Source: Vitrella brassicaformis CCMP3155
Lineage: Eukaryota > Protista > Chromerida
Length of the DNA: 64,000 bases
Direction: 5' to 3'
Assembly: GCA_001179505.1 (NCBI GenBank)
Contig: CDMY01000511.1
Coordinates: forward strand, 22,861 to 86,860
Position 1 is the first letter of the stretch. Every line of letters starts with the position of its first letter. The notes below the pieces were generated by a model, which saw only the letters and a list, made by a program, of their open reading frames with translations, ran no database searches and was not told the DNA's origin. Positions 61,989 through 64,000 of this stretch are shown here, in pieces. The position numbers and the translations under genes are program-made.

Positions 61989-62740
61989 CCAAAAGCATCC
62001 CAAAACATGCATCCGGCCAGTCGGGAAGAGAGGAGAGGAGTAGGTCAGCACAGGGATGAGTCCTGGAAGGACGAGGAGGCAGATGGACTCAGAGAGAGAG
62101 CAAGATCTGGCTGAGGGAAGATGATGCAAGAAGGGCAGCTAGCTGTCGTACGAGTACTCGTGTCGCCTCGCTGAGGACTCACCGGGAGGGTGGCCAGCCG
62201 GGCGACGTACTCGTTTTCCACCATCACTCACATGCGCACTCCACCATCACTCTGCGGCTCCAAGGGCGGCTTGGAAGACGCCCTGCCGAAGGGAATATGG
62301 TCGGAAGGACCAAGGATCGTGCCGAAGCAACAGATCTCAAGAGAATGACTCAAGTCATATCGGAAGCCAACGATAACAATCATGAAACACAACCGGCACT
62401 AACTCGCTTGGCCAACTTCTCCTTTCTCCCGTCTTACGCCCCCAAGCCCACGCATGCATGCACTGCGGGCTTATCTAGCGCACCTATTCATCAGCAGCCC
62501 TCTTTCTTCCCTGGCTGCCTCCCCTGTGCCCATCTACGGCTTGTCGTCCTGCCTGCCTACACACGGCTACCATCCTTCAGCCTGTCATCCATCAGCATCA
62601 GCATCAGCTCCATCCATCCATCCATTCATCCAGGGCTGCATCCTCTCCATCAGCACACGGTCCACGACATCCAATCCATCCGTCCATCACATCCAGACAC
62701 ATGCGTCTACACTTCCAGTCATCTGAGCCGAGCGCCTTCA

Positions 62741-63472
62741 TCAGGGCCACAGACAGGGGCGAAGGGCATCGTGAGCACTTCGCAACATCGCGTTGCGAAG
62801 AGCTTCTTCAAACTGCGGCCACGTCAGTGCTTCTCCACGATACGCGCGGGATGCTGACTCATGCGCCATGGTTGCCTTGAAGATGTCGAATCTCTCAGGC
62901 AGTGCCGATAGCATGACGGCGATCATCGTCTCGTCTGGCACTGTTGATCCGACTTCATGAAGGCGGCTGACGAGATAGCTGAAGTCGCCAAGGGCGTCGT
63001 CAAGATCGTCCTTGATCATCTTCCAGCTGAAGAATCGCTGCAAGAGCTCGTGCTTGCATACGATACGATCAGGTATGAACCGCTTCCGCAGTTCTAGATA
63101 CGCCCATGCACCATTCTCGCCGTGCTTCTGGTATGCTTCTTGAATCAGTCGCTTGGCCTTGTCTGCTGTCTGCAGGGCGAGGAAGCCGAACAGCCATCGG
63201 AGGTTCTTGGCGTTGGAGCTCTCCTGCTCAATCAGGATTGGCTGTCCCTGCTGGTTCACCACGGGCTGATTATTGCCATCCATCTGTGGCACCGCTATCT
63301 TCATCGGCGGGACGTCCTCATCCTTAGTAGGTAGATAGACTTTCACATCCATCTCTCTTGCTGCCAAGTAGGCTCTGAGAGTAAAGTCCCATTCGCGCCA
63401 CTTGATGTCGTTCTCGCCACTCCTGCCGGTAAAGACGGGGAAGGTGGCCTTGGTCTCGAGATTGAGTGTCAT
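62741..63472 (-). mobile_element. Ty1/copia-type gag (UBN2/Retrotran_gag_2-like), truncated
   Basis: Intronless ORF: FPVFTG...WREW...LRAYL...AKRLI...GAWAYLELRKRF...LVSRLHEVGSTVPDETMIAVMLSALPERFDIFKATM. No zinc knuckle or pol follows. Confidence 0.88.
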
Positions 63473-63566
63473 CTCTGCTGTCTGCTTTGTTGATGTTGTT
63501 GTTGTCTTTCTTCAAGTACTGCTAGTAGTTGACTGCTGCTGATACTGCGCAAGACACTGATAGACC

Positions 63567-63957
63567 TGTTAGGATCTGTCAGTTAGCTGGCGAAGACTTC
63601 GGCTCAGATAAGCAAGAACCAAGTTGCTGCGCCCATGTGCGAAAAAGGCCGGTGAGGACCTTTCCTGTAGTTAGCTGAATAGAGGATCTGCTGGGCGGTA
63701 AGTCCCAGAGTAAGAGTGCTTTTACTTTAATAAGACCGATGGACTGGCCAGTCAGTCAAAGTTGTTTCTGTCCATGTATGGCATCATGAAGGGTGGTCAA
63801 CACAGATCTCACTTCGGTGATGGCTGATAAGATCGTGTCTCCTCAGAATGCTTTCCTTGTCTTTCCTTGTCTTCTCCTCTCTCCACCCGTTACACAGCAA
63901 TATACCCTAGCTCACAAGCTCGCAGTGGTTCGTCTTGCCAAGCTGGCAATCCTGACA
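63567..63957 (-). mobile_element. 5' LTR (391 bp) of the copia element
   Basis: TG...CA termini with 9-bp inverted ends (TGTTAGGAT / ATCCTGACA, 1 mismatch). AT-richer than the flanks. On the minus strand it is followed directly by GGT... and, 94 bp later, the gag ATG. Confidence 0.78.
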
Positions 63958-64000
63958 CCCCCTCTCAAGACGAACCATCACGGCATGTGCTCAAGAAAAG

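Overview
Eukaryotic, GC-rich, intron-dense genomic DNA. The short GT-AG introns are packed with (GT)n/(CTGT)n/(CCAT)n microsatellites. This style, plus the expanded BTB/TLDc-type families, points to a chromerid alveolate such as Vitrella brassicaformis (inference). Ordinary spliced genes: a CDF/ZnT transporter, a prokaryote-like membrane protein, a mitochondrion-targeted unknown, a CDPK, a secreted His/Pro/Tyr-rich lectin-like protein, a MESD-like chaperone, LYAR, MOG1, a BAR-UBA adaptor and a CFLC thioredoxin. Interleaved with these is a set of duplicated, shuffled modules. (i) A ~5.8-kb inverted duplication (about 7.8-13.6 kb vs 28.7-34.1 kb) encodes a BTB-BTB-TLDc-TLDc-coiled-coil-RING protein; one copy looks intact and the other is broken. 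(ii) Chimeric cassettes at 13.6-16.1, 38.1-40.9 and 55.3-56.8 kb share a ~62-bp leader motif and an AT-rich junction motif, and carry intron-containing pieces of a neighbouring gene. A 115-nt near-perfect hairpin follows one cassette. A Ty1/copia 5' LTR plus truncated gag closes the window. There are three N gaps. I saw no rRNA, tRNA or CRISPR array. Exon boundaries and all family calls were made by eye, without alignments or database searches.
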